Shown: positions 38,226-48,283, counted from the stretch's first letter. The stretch: 64,000 nucleotides of DNA from Candidatus Velthaea sp. (GCA_965214935.1 CBDCCS010000022.1:544001-608000); one strand, 5' to 3'. Numbers and translations: made by a program. Notes: generated by a model not told the origin, from the letters alone.

Positions 38226-39203
38226 ATGGCTTTTCGGATTAAACTGCGCCGCGCGGCATGCGTCAGCGCATTGTCGGTGACGCTCGTCGGCGCCGCGCTC
38301 GCCCCCGCGTCCGCCCCGGCGCAAAACAAACAGTTGACCATTCTCGCCTCGGTGCCGGGCCTGAAGTTTCCATTCTTCGTGCACATGATGCGCGAAATTG
38401 AAGCGGAAGGCAAAACCCTCGGCGTCAACGTCGTTGAGAGCGACGGGCAAGTAAGTTCGACAAAGCAAACCGCCGACGTTGAAGCAGCGATTACCCGCAA
38501 GGTCAACGGCATCGTTATCAGTCCGAATGAAGTCGATGCGATGGCCCCGGCGCTGCAAGAGACCGTCGATGCGAAGATTCCGACAATGACCATCGACCGC
38601 CGTGTCGACAAGGTTTCCGGGCTTCTAGGTCACGTCGGCGCCGACAATTCGAAAGGCGGTGAAGCACAGGCGAACCTGATCATGAAGCTGTTTCCGAACG
38701 GCGCGAAGATCATGAACTTGCAAGGCCAGCCGGGCGCCGGCCCGGCGATCGATCGCAATAAGGGTCTGCACACGATTCTCGATGCGCACAAAGACAAGTA
38801 TCCGATCGTCTTCGAGCAGACGGCGGAATTCGATCGCGTAAAGGGTCTGTCGGTTACCGAAGCCGCGCTCGCGCAGATGAAATCGCCACCGGACGTCATT
38901 GTTGCGGCAAACGACGACATGGTTTTGGGCGCGATGGAAGCCGTCAAAGCACGCAACCTCAACGGTAAAGTTGCACTGATCGGCTTCGACGCACTGCCTG
39001 AAGCCTTAGCGCGCGTTCGCGACGGCAGCATGAGCGCCACGATCGAACAATTTCCGGGGCTGCAAAGCCGCAAAGCTCTCGATAAGCTCGTGGGCTACCT
39101 GCGGACCGGCAAGGCTCCCGATCCCAAGCTTGAACTTCTTACGCCGATCGCAATTACGAAAGAAAACCTTAATAAGTCCGAACGCCTAAACGAAATAAAA
39201 TAG
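38226..39203 (+). CDS. Sugar ABC substrate-binding protein (RbsB-like)
   Basis: Signal peptide; FPFF, TIDRR, VGADN, QGQPG, AANDDMVLGA, GFDA, ATIEQ. Confidence 0.92.
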   Translation: MAFRIKLRRAACVSALSVTLVGAALAPASAPAQNKQLTILASVPGLKFPFFVHMMREIEAEGKTLGVNVVESDGQVSSTKQTADVEAAITRKVNGIVISPNEVDAMAPALQETVDAKIPTMTIDRRVDKVSGLLGHVGADNSKGGEAQANLIMKLFPNGAKIMNLQGQPGAGPAIDRNKGLHTILDAHKDKYPIVFEQTAEFDRVKGLSVTEAALAQMKSPPDVIVAANDDMVLGAMEAVKARNLNGKVALIGFDALPEALARVRDGSMSATIEQFPGLQSRKALDKLVGYLRTGKAPDPKLELLTPIAITKENLNKSERLNEIK

Positions 39204-39225
39204 TTCGTCGCAGTTGGAATTACCA

Positions 39226-40827
39226 ATGCGCGCGGCGCTGCTGCGCATGGAACACATTACGAAACGCTTTCCCGGCGTGCTGGCGCTCGACGATGTGTCG
39301 TTGGACATCGCGCCGGGCGAGGCGCACGGCTTACTGGGCGAAAACGGTGCCGGCAAATCGACGCTGCTCAAAATACTGTCGGGCGCATATGCGCCCGACG
39401 CCGGTACGATCGAATACGCCGGAGAAACGATTGCGATCGATACACCGAAAGCCGCGCAGCAGCTGGGTATCGTTACGATCTACCAAGAGTTCAATTTAAT
39501 TCCGACGATGTCGGTCGCCGAGAATATGTTTCTCTGCCGCGAACCCGGGCGCGGACCGTTCGTCTCTTGGCAGCGGATGGCGCAGGCAACGGCCGAGCAA
39601 CTCGGTCAGCTCGGATTGAACATCGATCCGCTCGCGCTCGTCAGCGACCTCTCCGTCGGCGAGCAGCAGATGGTCGAGATCGCACGTGCGCTCTCGATGC
39701 AATCGCGGCTCATTGTAATGGACGAGCCGACGGCCGCGTTAAGCGAAGCCGAAGTCGACCGGCTCTTTCGCATCGTCGCCGAGCTCAAAGCACAATCGAT
39801 CAGCATCATCTTCGTGACGCACCGCCTCAACGAAGTCATGCGCGTCTGCGATCGCGTCACGGTTTTACGCGATGGGCGACGCGTCGGTAGCGGCAAGGTC
39901 GGCTCGCAACCTGCAACTGCCGCCGTCCAAGCGCCGTCCGCGGTAGCCGGCGAGCCGGCCGAACCGCTTCTGGGCATCGCCGATTTCGTGAAAATGATGG
40001 TCGGCCGTTCGCAAGATCAGCTTTTCCGCCGGCTCGGCGATTCGCGAACGCCGGGCGACGTGATGCTGCGCGTCGAGAGCCTGTCGCGCGGACGCGACCC
40101 CGTCAATCCGCATGCAACCGTCTTGTCCGATATTTCATTCGAGGTGCGGGCAGGTGAGATTCTCGGTATCGCCGGCCTCATGGGCGCAGGGCGCACCGAA
40201 GTTGCACGCAGCATCTTCGGTGCCGATCCGCGCGATCGCGGTAGCATTGCAATCGACGGCAAGACGGTTGCGATTCATTCGCCGATCGACGCCATTCGGC
40301 ACGGGATCGGCCTCGTGCCCGAGGATCGCAAGCAGCAAGCCTTATTTCTCGAGCTCGCCGTCCGGCACAACCTCGCGATCTCAAGCTTAGGCCGGCTCAG
40401 TCGCGCGAAGTGGTTCGTGAGCGATAAAGCGGAAGACGCGCTCGTGGAACGCTTTCGTAAGGCGCTCGATATACGCATGTCCTCGGCGGACATGAAAATC
40501 TCCGACTTGTCGGGCGGTAATCAGCAGAAGGTCGTACTTGCGCGCTGGCTTGCCTTAGCGCCAAAGGTGCTGATCGTCGATGAACCGACGCGCGGCATCG
40601 ACATTGCCGCCAAAGCCGAAGTGCACGCGCAACTCGACGCAATGGCTCAAGCGGGAATCGCGATCGTCGCAATATCATCGGAACTGCCGGAAGTTCTCGC
40701 GCTGAGCGATCGCATCGTTACGATGCGCGAAGGTCGCATCACCGGCCATATTTCACGCGACGACGCGTCGGAGGAAAGCTTGATGCATCTTATGGCCGTC
40801 GACACTGCTGCGCACGCGATGGCCTAG
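39226..40827 (+). CDS. Sugar ABC ATP-binding protein (RbsA-like)
   Basis: GENGAGKST, MDEPT, VPEDRK, LSGGNQQKV, VDEPTRG. Confidence 0.95.
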   Translation: MRAALLRMEHITKRFPGVLALDDVSLDIAPGEAHGLLGENGAGKSTLLKILSGAYAPDAGTIEYAGETIAIDTPKAAQQLGIVTIYQEFNLIPTMSVAENMFLCREPGRGPFVSWQRMAQATAEQLGQLGLNIDPLALVSDLSVGEQQMVEIARALSMQSRLIVMDEPTAALSEAEVDRLFRIVAELKAQSISIIFVTHRLNEVMRVCDRVTVLRDGRRVGSGKVGSQPATAAVQAPSAVAGEPAEPLLGIADFVKMMVGRSQDQLFRRLGDSRTPGDVMLRVESLSRGRDPVNPHATVLSDISFEVRAGEILGIAGLMGAGRTEVARSIFGADPRDRGSIAIDGKTVAIHSPIDAIRHGIGLVPEDRKQQALFLELAVRHNLAISSLGRLSRAKWFVSDKAEDALVERFRKALDIRMSSADMKISDLSGGNQQKVVLARWLALAPKVLIVDEPTRGIDIAAKAEVHAQLDAMAQAGIAIVAISSELPEVLALSDRIVTMREGRITGHISRDDASEESLMHLMAVDTAAHAMA

Positions 40828-40831
40828 CGGC

Positions 40832-41866
40832 GTGGCACACGCGCAGAAGTCGCTTCGTGCACCGGTCGCCGGAAAAAGCGGCGCGAGCGCGATATTGCCG
40901 CTGCTCAGTCGCTACGCTCCGGCGGTTTGCCTCGTCGTTCTCATGGTCGTGTTTGCAGTGCTGCAACCGCAGTTTTTGTCGGCGCGCAATCTTTTTAACG
41001 TCATGCGCCAGATCTCGATTGAAGGACTCATCGCAATCGGGATGACGTTCGTCATTCTTACCGCCGGCATCGATCTTTCCGTCGGCTCGCTTGTGGCGTG
41101 TGCCGGGCTCGTTGCCGCGATGATCGCCAAAGGCAGTACTGCAAGTTCGTTTTCGCTGTCCACCTCGGCGCAACAAGGTTACGGCTGGTTTGCAGCGATG
41201 GCCGGAGCAATGCTCGTCGGCGTTTTAGGCGGAACCATCCAAGGTGCCGCTATTACTAAGATGAAGGTGCCGCCCTTTGTCGTGACGCTCGGCGGCCTTT
41301 CGGTGTTCCGCGGACTTGCGCTCATGATCTCGTCGTCCGGACCGATTAGCGGCTTTGATGAAAGCTATCGCTGGTGGGGTCAGGGCAGTATCGGCCCCGT
41401 TCCCGTGCCGGCAGTGTTGTTCATCGGCTTTGCCGCCCTTGCATTCGTCGTGTTGCGCTACACGCGATACGGGCGTCAAGTTTACGCCGTGGGCGGCAAC
41501 CGCGAAGCCGCGCGTCTGTCGGGCGTAAACGTTCAACGCGTCTTATTTTCGGTGTACGCCATCATCGGTTTTCTATCGGGTCTTGCCGGCTTCGTCTTGT
41601 CGGCTCGGCTAAATTCGTCCGAGGCCGTAGCCGGATATGGTTACGAGCTAACGGTGATTGCATCGGTCGTCATCGGCGGGACGAGTCTGTTCGGCGGGGT
41701 CGGCAGCATCTTCGGAACGGTGATCGGTTCGGTGCTCATCGGCGTGCTCATCAACGGTCTCGTTCTAATGGACGTGAACCCGTACGTCCAGCAGATCACG
41801 ATCGGCCTGATACTCGTTCTCGTCGTTGCCTTCGATCAATTCGCGAAATCGCGCCGTTTGAAGTAG
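40832..41866 (+). CDS. Sugar ABC permease (RbsC-like)
   Basis: TAGIDLSVGS, PPFVVTLG, GRQVYAVGGNREAARLSGV, YELTVIASVVIGGTS. Confidence 0.94.
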   Translation: MAHAQKSLRAPVAGKSGASAILPLLSRYAPAVCLVVLMVVFAVLQPQFLSARNLFNVMRQISIEGLIAIGMTFVILTAGIDLSVGSLVACAGLVAAMIAKGSTASSFSLSTSAQQGYGWFAAMAGAMLVGVLGGTIQGAAITKMKVPPFVVTLGGLSVFRGLALMISSSGPISGFDESYRWWGQGSIGPVPVPAVLFIGFAALAFVVLRYTRYGRQVYAVGGNREAARLSGVNVQRVLFSVYAIIGFLSGLAGFVLSARLNSSEAVAGYGYELTVIASVVIGGTSLFGGVGSIFGTVIGSVLIGVLINGLVLMDVNPYVQQITIGLILVLVVAFDQFAKSRRLK

Positions 41867-41869
41867 CGC

Positions 41870-41887
41870 TATCGACGAACGTCGATA
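41870..41887. other. Perfect inverted repeat just after the permease stop (possible terminator or stabiliser hairpin)
   Basis: TATCGACG-aa-CGTCGATA; no U-tract. Confidence 0.35.
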
Positions 41888-42089
41888 CGCTCAGCGGCGC
41901 ACGCAACCGTACAGCCTTGCTACGCAAACCGATCCCCCAATCCATTCAGAGCACGTCCCGTTAAGGTATGGGTGCGCCTTTGATAGCGTATCGATTCGTC
42001 GCTACATTCACCGCCACAGACCAAGCAGCGCTTTGGCCGTGGTCACGGGTTTGCTCGTTAATGCTTCAACCTCGTGCAGAAGGGCCGCT

Positions 42090-42569
42090 ATGCGAATTGT
42101 AAACGAACGTGATATCGTCGAACAGCGCTACGTGTCGCCCGCCGGACGTTTTCGCAGTGGCTATAAAGAGATATCGGTGGCTCTCGGGCGCGATCCCGAC
42201 TCGACTGATGCCAATACGCGTCATCCTTTCGACGTTGAAATAGAGCGCATCCCCGCCGGTACGTCTCCGTGTCCGTACCACTCGCACAGCGCGCAGTGGG
42301 AATTCTACACCGTCATTGCCGGACACGGGCAATTGCGACATGCCGACGGTGTCGCGGCGATCGGGCCGGGCGACGCGTTTCTATGTAAACCCGGTGAGCC
42401 GCATCAACTTTCTGCCGATGGCGACTGCGAACTTGTCGTGATGATCGTCGCCGACAATCCGATCGGCGAGTCGGTTCATTATCCCGATAGCGGAAAGTGG
42501 CTGGTGCGCTCGCCCGAACGGCGTATCATGCGCTCCGCGGCGCTCGACTACTACGACGGCGAAGAGTAG
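42090..42569 (+). CDS. Cupin domain protein
   Basis: PYHSHSAQWEFYTVIAG, IGPGD...PGEPHQL, YPDSGK. Confidence 0.88.
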   Translation: MRIVNERDIVEQRYVSPAGRFRSGYKEISVALGRDPDSTDANTRHPFDVEIERIPAGTSPCPYHSHSAQWEFYTVIAGHGQLRHADGVAAIGPGDAFLCKPGEPHQLSADGDCELVVMIVADNPIGESVHYPDSGKWLVRSPERRIMRSAALDYYDGEE

Positions 42570-42616
42570 CGTTGCTTGGCGCATGTCGCCGCGCGCGCGG
42601 CGCGGCTGCGTTGCGG

Positions 42617-42955
42617 TTACGCTTGCGCGGCGAGTTGTAACAAAAAGCTCGTCGTGAAAGACAAACGATCGACAACTTTCGACGAATATTCCGCGTTTCG
42701 ACCCAACGCGTCGACGGCCGCGTAATGGAAGCCGACCGGCTCCGCATGTTCGGGTAGGCTGTGAATGACCAACGCTCGTTCAAGATCGATCAGCCAATTC
42801 CGGGATGCCAAGCCTTGCATCGAGTTTGACGCGAGCGTCATCCTTGCGTCGCGTCGATGAAGACACTTCTATGACGATCTACCGCCCGGATGCGTTTCCG
42901 TATAGCGGATTTAATCGTCGAAATCGAGGCGAACTGGCTCCGCGGCGACGCTCAT
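42617..42955 (-). pseudogene. Uma2 (DUF820) PD-(D/E)xK endonuclease pseudogene
   Basis: Stitched frames: MSVAAEPVRLDFDD*IRYTETHPGGR / IVIEVSSSTRRKDDARVKLDARLGIPE / WLIDLERALVIH; in-frame TAA, frameshifts and internal deletion; TATAAT at 42962-42967. Confidence 0.75.
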
Positions 42956-42993
42956 CGATGCATTATACCGGCAGTCGGCAGATGCATGCGCAC

Positions 42994-45900
42994 TCAGGCG
43001 ATTTCAAGCAGCAGGTCGGCGGCCGCAACGCGCGCACCGACGCGCGTCAAGACCCCGCTCACGGTACCGTCGAGCGGTGCGGCGACGACCGTTTGCATTT
43101 TCATCGCCTCGATCGTCAGCACCGGGTCGCCCTTGTGAATCGCCAGTCCTTCGGACACGTGCAGCTTCACGATCTGCCCCGGCATCGGCGCACCGATTTG
43201 ATGCGGGTTACCCGCTTCGGCTTTACGAACCGCAACGGCGGCGCCCGCGAGCCGGTTGTCGGCGACGATGACGTTACGCGCTTGACCGTTCAACTCGAAG
43301 TAGACGACCCGATTCCCGCTTGCATCGGGTTCGCCAAGTGCGGCGAAGCGCACGAAAAGCACTTTGCCTCGTTCGAGTTCGATCTCGAACTCGCGCATAA
43401 CGTCCATGCCGTAAAAGAAAACCGGCGTCGATAGCACGTCCACATCGCCATAGAGCTGTTGCTTACGCGCGAACTCGATAAAAACGCTCGGGTACATCAG
43501 ATACGACGCGAACTCGTTGTCGCTGATTTTGCGCTCGACGGCGGCTTCGGCCTCGGCGCGGAGCGCCGTGAAGTCCGCCGGCGTGAGCGTCGCTCCGGGC
43601 CGCTCGCTCAACGGCGCTTTGCCGGCCAGGATCTTGGTTTGCAACGCGACCGGAAAACCGCCGGGCGGCTGACCGAGATACCCGGCGAACAATTCGATAA
43701 CCGACTGCGGAAAGTCGATCGCGACCGCCGGATCTTCAACGGCTGCGACCGTTATGTTCGCCGACACCATAAAGAGCGCCATGTCGCCGACGACTTTTGA
43801 TGTCGGCGTAACTTTGACGATATCGCCGAACATCGCGTTGACGGCAGCATACGTTTTGGTGACCTCGGGCCAGCGGTCGCCGACACCCATCGCTTGGGCT
43901 TGCTCGCGCAAATTCGTGTACTGGCCGCCGGGCATTTCATGCAAGTAGACGTCGGACGAACCGGCGCGCATTTCGCTCTCGAACGGCCGGTAAAAGCGCC
44001 GCACTTCTTCCCAATAGCGCGAAATCTCGTCGATCGCGGCAGCTCGGAGGCCCGTTTCGCGCGGTGTATTACGCAATGCGGCGGCGATCGTGCCGAGGTT
44101 CGGCTGTGACGTTAGACCGCTCATTGCATCGATCGCCGCATCGACGGCATCAACTCCGGCATCCACGGCAGCGAGCACGCTCGCGCCGCTATTGCCGCTC
44201 GTATCGTGCGTGTGGAAGTGGATCGGAATGCGGATCTCGGCTTTGAGTGCGCTAAATAAGCGGCGGGCGGCTTCGGGCTTGAGCAGCCCGGCCATGTCTT
44301 TGATGCCCAAGATGTGCGCGCCGGTCGCTTCAAGCTCTTTCGCCAGCGCGACATAATAGGCTAAATCGTATTTCGGACGCGCCGGATCGAGGATGTCGCC
44401 GGTGTAACAGATTGCCGCTTCGCACAGCTTGCCCGTTCCAATGACGGCGTCGATCGACACACGCATATTTTCGATCCAATTAAGCGAATCGAAGATACGG
44501 AAGATATCGATTCCGCCGCCGGCCGCGCGCTCGATGAAGTAGCGCACGACGTTATCGGGGTAACTCGTGTAACCGACCGCATTGGCGCCGCGCACGAGCA
44601 TTTGCAACATGACGTTCGGCACGGCCGTCCGTAATGCCGCAAGCCGCTTCCACGGATCTTCTTGTAGGAAGCGCATCGCGACGTCGAACGTTGCGCCGCC
44701 CCAACATTCGAGTGAGAACAACTCCGGCAACAAGCGCGCGTAGGCCGGCGCGATCCGCGTGATGTCGCGCGAACGCATGCGTGTGGCGAGTAGTGACTGA
44801 TGTGCGTCACGCATCGTCGTGTCGGTCACCAGCACGCGCTGCTGGTCGAGCATCCAGCGGGCAAAGTCGCGCGGCCCGAGTTGAAGGAGCAGGTCGCGCG
44901 TACCCGGGACGAGATCGTGCGTGCGAAGCTCGGGCAACGGCGGCTCCGTTCGCGCGATCGCGGGCGGACGGCCGCGAACTTCCGGACTGCCGTTGACGAT
45001 CGTTTCGCCGACAAAATTGAGGATGCGGGTTGCGCGATCGCGATGGCGCGGCTTATCGAGCAACGCGACGGACGTATCGAGAAAGCTGGTGGTAAACTCA
45101 CCGGCGATAAATTGCTTGTTCGAGAGTAACGCATCAAGGAACGCGACGTTCGTCGCGACGCCGCGCACGCGAAATTCACGCAGCGCACGCAACATCCGCG
45201 CTCGCGTCTCATCGAAGCCCGGCGCCCAGACGGTTACTTTTTCGAGCAGCGAATCGTAATACGGCGTGATGACCGCACCGGCATACGCCGCGCCGTCGAG
45301 CCGGACGCCGAACCCGCTCGCCGGGCGGTATGCCGAGATCTGCCCGTATGTCGGCGTGAAGTTGTTCTCGGCGTCTTCCGTGGTGATGCGGCACTGGATG
45401 GCGTGACCGCGCAATTCGATGCCCGGCTGCGCCGGAACACCGCTGTTTTCGGTACCGATCTCGGCGCCCGCCGCGATCCGGATCTGCGCCTTCACAAGAT
45501 CGATGCCGGTAACGAGTTCGGTAACGGTGTGCTCGACCTGAATGCGCGGGTTGACTTCGATGAAGAAGTATTCGTGCGCATCGAGATCGATCAAGAACTC
45601 GACGGTACCGGCGTTATCGTAGGCAACGGCTTTTGCGATTTTCTGAGCCGATTCGAGCATGCCCGAACGTAGCGCCGGAAGTAAACCGCGCGCCGGCGCT
45701 TCTTCGACGACTTTCTGATGCCGGCGCTGGACGGTGCAGTCACGGTCGCCGAGATTGACGACGTTGCCGAACGAGTCGCCTAAAATCTGGACTTCCACGT
45801 GCCGCGCCCGGCCGACGTAGCGCTCGCCGTAAACTTCATCGTTACCGAAGGTCGAGAGCGCTTCCTGACGTGCGCGCTCGAGCTGTTCGGGAAACTGCTC

Positions 45901-46431
45901 GGCGTTCTTGACGATGCGCATTCCGCGCCCGCCGCCGCCATAGCTTGCTTTGAGCATGAGCGGAAAACCGACGGCGTTTGCTTGCCGTTGCGCATCGGCG
46001 ATTTCGCGCGGGAGCGCATCGCTGGCCGGAATCACCGGCACGCCGGCAGCGGTCGCAAGTTCGCGAGCGGCGACTTTGTTGCCTAGGCGTCGCATCGCAT
46101 CAGACGTTGGTCCGACGAAGATGACGCCCGCCGCGCGAACGGCATCGGCAAACTCCGCATTCTCGGCCAGGAAGCCGTAACCGGGATGAATCGCATCGAC
46201 ACCGACTTCGCGTGCGATGCGAATGATGTCGTCGCTATCGAGATACGCTTGAACGGGACTCCGGCCGTCGCCGACCAGATAACTTTCGTCGGCTTTGAAA
46301 CGGTGCAATGCAACGCGATCTTCGTGCGAAAAGATAGCGACGGTTGCAATGCCGAGTTCGGTGGCGGCGCGCATCACCCGAATGGCAATCTCACCGCGAT
46401 TCGCAACCAGTAAGCGTTTAATTTCGTGCAT
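42994..46431 (-). CDS. pyc: Pyruvate carboxylase
   Basis: BC domain LVANRGEIA, QRRHQKV, EVNPRIQVEH; CT domain TTMRDAHQSL, IKDMAG, HFHTHD; BCCP EAMKM; ATG 46431. Confidence 0.97.
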   Translation of the reverse strand: MHEIKRLLVANRGEIAIRVMRAATELGIATVAIFSHEDRVALHRFKADESYLVGDGRSPVQAYLDSDDIIRIAREVGVDAIHPGYGFLAENAEFADAVRAAGVIFVGPTSDAMRRLGNKVAARELATAAGVPVIPASDALPREIADAQRQANAVGFPLMLKASYGGGGRGMRIVKNAEQFPEQLERARQEALSTFGNDEVYGERYVGRARHVEVQILGDSFGNVVNLGDRDCTVQRRHQKVVEEAPARGLLPALRSGMLESAQKIAKAVAYDNAGTVEFLIDLDAHEYFFIEVNPRIQVEHTVTELVTGIDLVKAQIRIAAGAEIGTENSGVPAQPGIELRGHAIQCRITTEDAENNFTPTYGQISAYRPASGFGVRLDGAAYAGAVITPYYDSLLEKVTVWAPGFDETRARMLRALREFRVRGVATNVAFLDALLSNKQFIAGEFTTSFLDTSVALLDKPRHRDRATRILNFVGETIVNGSPEVRGRPPAIARTEPPLPELRTHDLVPGTRDLLLQLGPRDFARWMLDQQRVLVTDTTMRDAHQSLLATRMRSRDITRIAPAYARLLPELFSLECWGGATFDVAMRFLQEDPWKRLAALRTAVPNVMLQMLVRGANAVGYTSYPDNVVRYFIERAAGGGIDIFRIFDSLNWIENMRVSIDAVIGTGKLCEAAICYTGDILDPARPKYDLAYYVALAKELEATGAHILGIKDMAGLLKPEAARRLFSALKAEIRIPIHFHTHDTSGNSGASVLAAVDAGVDAVDAAIDAMSGLTSQPNLGTIAAALRNTPRETGLRAAAIDEISRYWEEVRRFYRPFESEMRAGSSDVYLHEMPGGQYTNLREQAQAMGVGDRWPEVTKTYAAVNAMFGDIVKVTPTSKVVGDMALFMVSANITVAAVEDPAVAIDFPQSVIELFAGYLGQPPGGFPVALQTKILAGKAPLSERPGATLTPADFTALRAEAEAAVERKISDNEFASYLMYPSVFIEFARKQQLYGDVDVLSTPVFFYGMDVMREFEIELERGKVLFVRFAALGEPDASGNRVVYFELNGQARNVIVADNRLAGAAVAVRKAEAGNPHQIGAPMPGQIVKLHVSEGLAIHKGDPVLTIEAMKMQTVVAAPLDGTVSGVLTRVGARVAAADLLLEIA

Positions 46432-46432
46432 T

Positions 46433-47212
46433 CTACAACGTTCCGGCGTACGCGCCGCCGTCGATGAGAACATTTTGTCCGGTAATGTAGCCGGCTTGAA
46501 CGCTGCACATAAACGCGCACAACGCGCCAAACTCTTGCGGTTCGCCGAGCCGGCGCGCCGGGATCTGCTGCGCACGCATCTGCATTTGCTCGTCGAGCGT
46601 GCGGCCTGCGCGCTCGGCATCCGCTGCAATCGTCGTCTTGAGCCGATCGGTGGCAAACGAGCCGGGCAGCAGATTGTTGATGGTCACACCGGTTGCGGCG
46701 ACTTCGCGCGCCAATCCGGCGATAAAACCGGTCAGACCGCTACGCGCGCCGTTCGATAAGCCGAGCACCGGAATCGGCGCCTTGACGGCACTCGAAGTAA
46801 TATTAATGATCCGGCCGAAGCCGCGCGCGATCATCGGGTCGATCGTCGCCTTGATCAAGTCGATCGGGGCGAGCATATTTGCTTCGATCGCGCGCAGCCA
46901 ATCGTCGCGCTGCCAATCGCGAAAATTCCCCGGCGGCGGTCCGCCGGAATTATTGACTAAGATATCGGGTTCCGGACAAGCGTGAAGCGCCGCCGCACGG
47001 CCGTCGGCGGTCGTCACATCGGCGACGGCGTAGGCAACCGGAACACCGGCCGCTGCTTGAATGTCATGCGCCGCCCGTTCGAGCGTGTCGCGCGATCGGG
47101 CCACGATCGTAACGAACGCCCCCGCTTCGGCCAGCGCCTCGGCACAGCCACGCCCGAGCCCTTTGCTCGCAGCGCACACGAGGGCGCGCTTAGCGGTGAT
47201 TCCGAAGTCCAT
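46433..47212 (-). CDS. SDR oxidoreductase (atypical FabG-like)
   Basis: AASKGLG, NNSGGPPPG, LGLSNGARSGL, PGSFATDRL, YITGQNVLIDGG. Confidence 0.92.
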   Translation of the reverse strand: MDFGITAKRALVCAASKGLGRGCAEALAEAGAFVTIVARSRDTLERAAHDIQAAAGVPVAYAVADVTTADGRAAALHACPEPDILVNNSGGPPPGNFRDWQRDDWLRAIEANMLAPIDLIKATIDPMIARGFGRIINITSSAVKAPIPVLGLSNGARSGLTGFIAGLAREVAATGVTINNLLPGSFATDRLKTTIAADAERAGRTLDEQMQMRAQQIPARRLGEPQEFGALCAFMCSVQAGYITGQNVLIDGGAYAGTL

Positions 47213-47524
47213 GACCCACCTTCACAAGCGTGGCACGCAAGCGGTAACACCGCTTTGCACGATGCACGCGCGAGCCGTCAACTTCCTTCGGCGCTGCCGG
47301 AAGCCCGATGGCACGAGCCGGACTGCACGACGCGCACGGACGAACGGCGCTGTCGTACAGAGGCGCGCTCATCGGACCGAGGCCACGTTTCCATTTTACC
47401 GTCGTTCGACAGGGATGACGTCGTCCAAGCGTCGACTGCTGCGCTGCCGATGAGCTGCTTTTAGAGTTTACCGAGGTTCGACGTGGTTTCAAATACCGCA
47501 ACGAGAGCATCTGCGATCGTACAG

Positions 47525-47718
47525 ACAGCGTACTTTGATTTCGACTCGCAGTCGTTGCGAGCTTGTCGACACGAGTCTTACTCCACCGCTGTTCCGTTTG
47601 CGACTCTACATTCGTTGCGAGCTTTCCGACATACGAGTGTTACTGCACAGCGTACTTTGATTGCGACTCTCAGTCGTTAGCGAGCTTAGCGATAGATGAG
47701 TAATTACTGCGCAGCTGT
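47525..47718. repeat. Degenerate tandem array: three ~60-64 bp units plus a partial fourth
   Basis: Units start at 47525, 47585 and 47647; shared blocks AC(A/C)GC, CGACTC, TCGTT(A)GCGAGCTT, GAGT-(1-2 nt)-TTACT-C; units 1 and 3 share ACAGCGTACTTTGATT. Confidence 0.85.
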
Positions 47719-47937
47719 CTTGAACGGTGCGGGCCGGTGCCGAAAAACGGTTCGGCGGTAACAAAGGCTTGCGGCACGCAAGGTTCGTTCGGCTTCGCGA
47801 CGCCCATCGGTTTCGGCGCTTACCGATGCGCGGACCGTCAATGAATGGAGTCGGGCTGGATAGAAGTACGTAACGTTCAGCGTAGATCCGGCAGGCGGCA
47901 AAGAATACGTGCGGGTGCGCAATTCGACTGACGGCAT
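47704..47937 (-). CDS. Possible small hypothetical protein (77 aa)
   Basis: MPSVELRTRTYSLPPAGSTLNVTYFYP...; protein-like composition, no clear SD, stop lies inside repeat unit 3. Confidence 0.3.
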   Translation of the reverse strand: MPSVELRTRTYSLPPAGSTLNVTYFYPARLHSLTVRASVSAETDGRREAERTLRAASLCYRRTVFRHRPAPFKTAAQ

Positions 47938-48283
47938 TGACGTGGAGTGCACCACAGCCGCTGCCGCAGATGCCGAATAATCCGTTCACAATTTTCGGTC
48001 ACAACGTCGGCGTGAGCGCAGACGCATCGGAACGCCGGCGTCAGACCGAGTGCTCGTAACGTACATGGCGCCGTTTGAAGGTCGGCTCGCGACCGTCACC
48101 GGACGAGTGACCGGAAAGTAAACTCGGCCCCAATGGAATCTGTAGGCTTTGCACCCGGCCTATAGCGGATCGTACGAAAGTATAAGACTGACCGTACGGC
48201 GTTACGCACTGCGGCTCGCCGGGTAAGTTCGCGGCCAGCCGTTGGAGCGCAACCGGCCCGCTCGGCGCCGAGTCGTGCGGCGA

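Noticed and set aside
46432..46656. 75-aa N-terminal extension of pyruvate carboxylase in the ORF track
   Set aside because: It overlaps the upstream SDR gene; PC homology begins at MHEIKRLLVANRGE (46431). Similar over-extensions at 4367, 14704, 23720, 28756 and 60221 were also trimmed.
47238..47255. AAGCGGT-aac-ACCGCTT palindrome upstream of the SDR-pyc operon
   Set aside because: A real inverted repeat, but single-copy; operator, terminator and chance cannot be distinguished.
47525..47718. CRISPR array or type III toxin-antitoxin repeat interpretation of the tandem array
   Set aside because: Units are similar along their whole length with no unique spacers, there are no cas genes, and no ToxN/CptN/TenpN-like ORF follows on the same strand. 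Kept only as an unexplained repeat.
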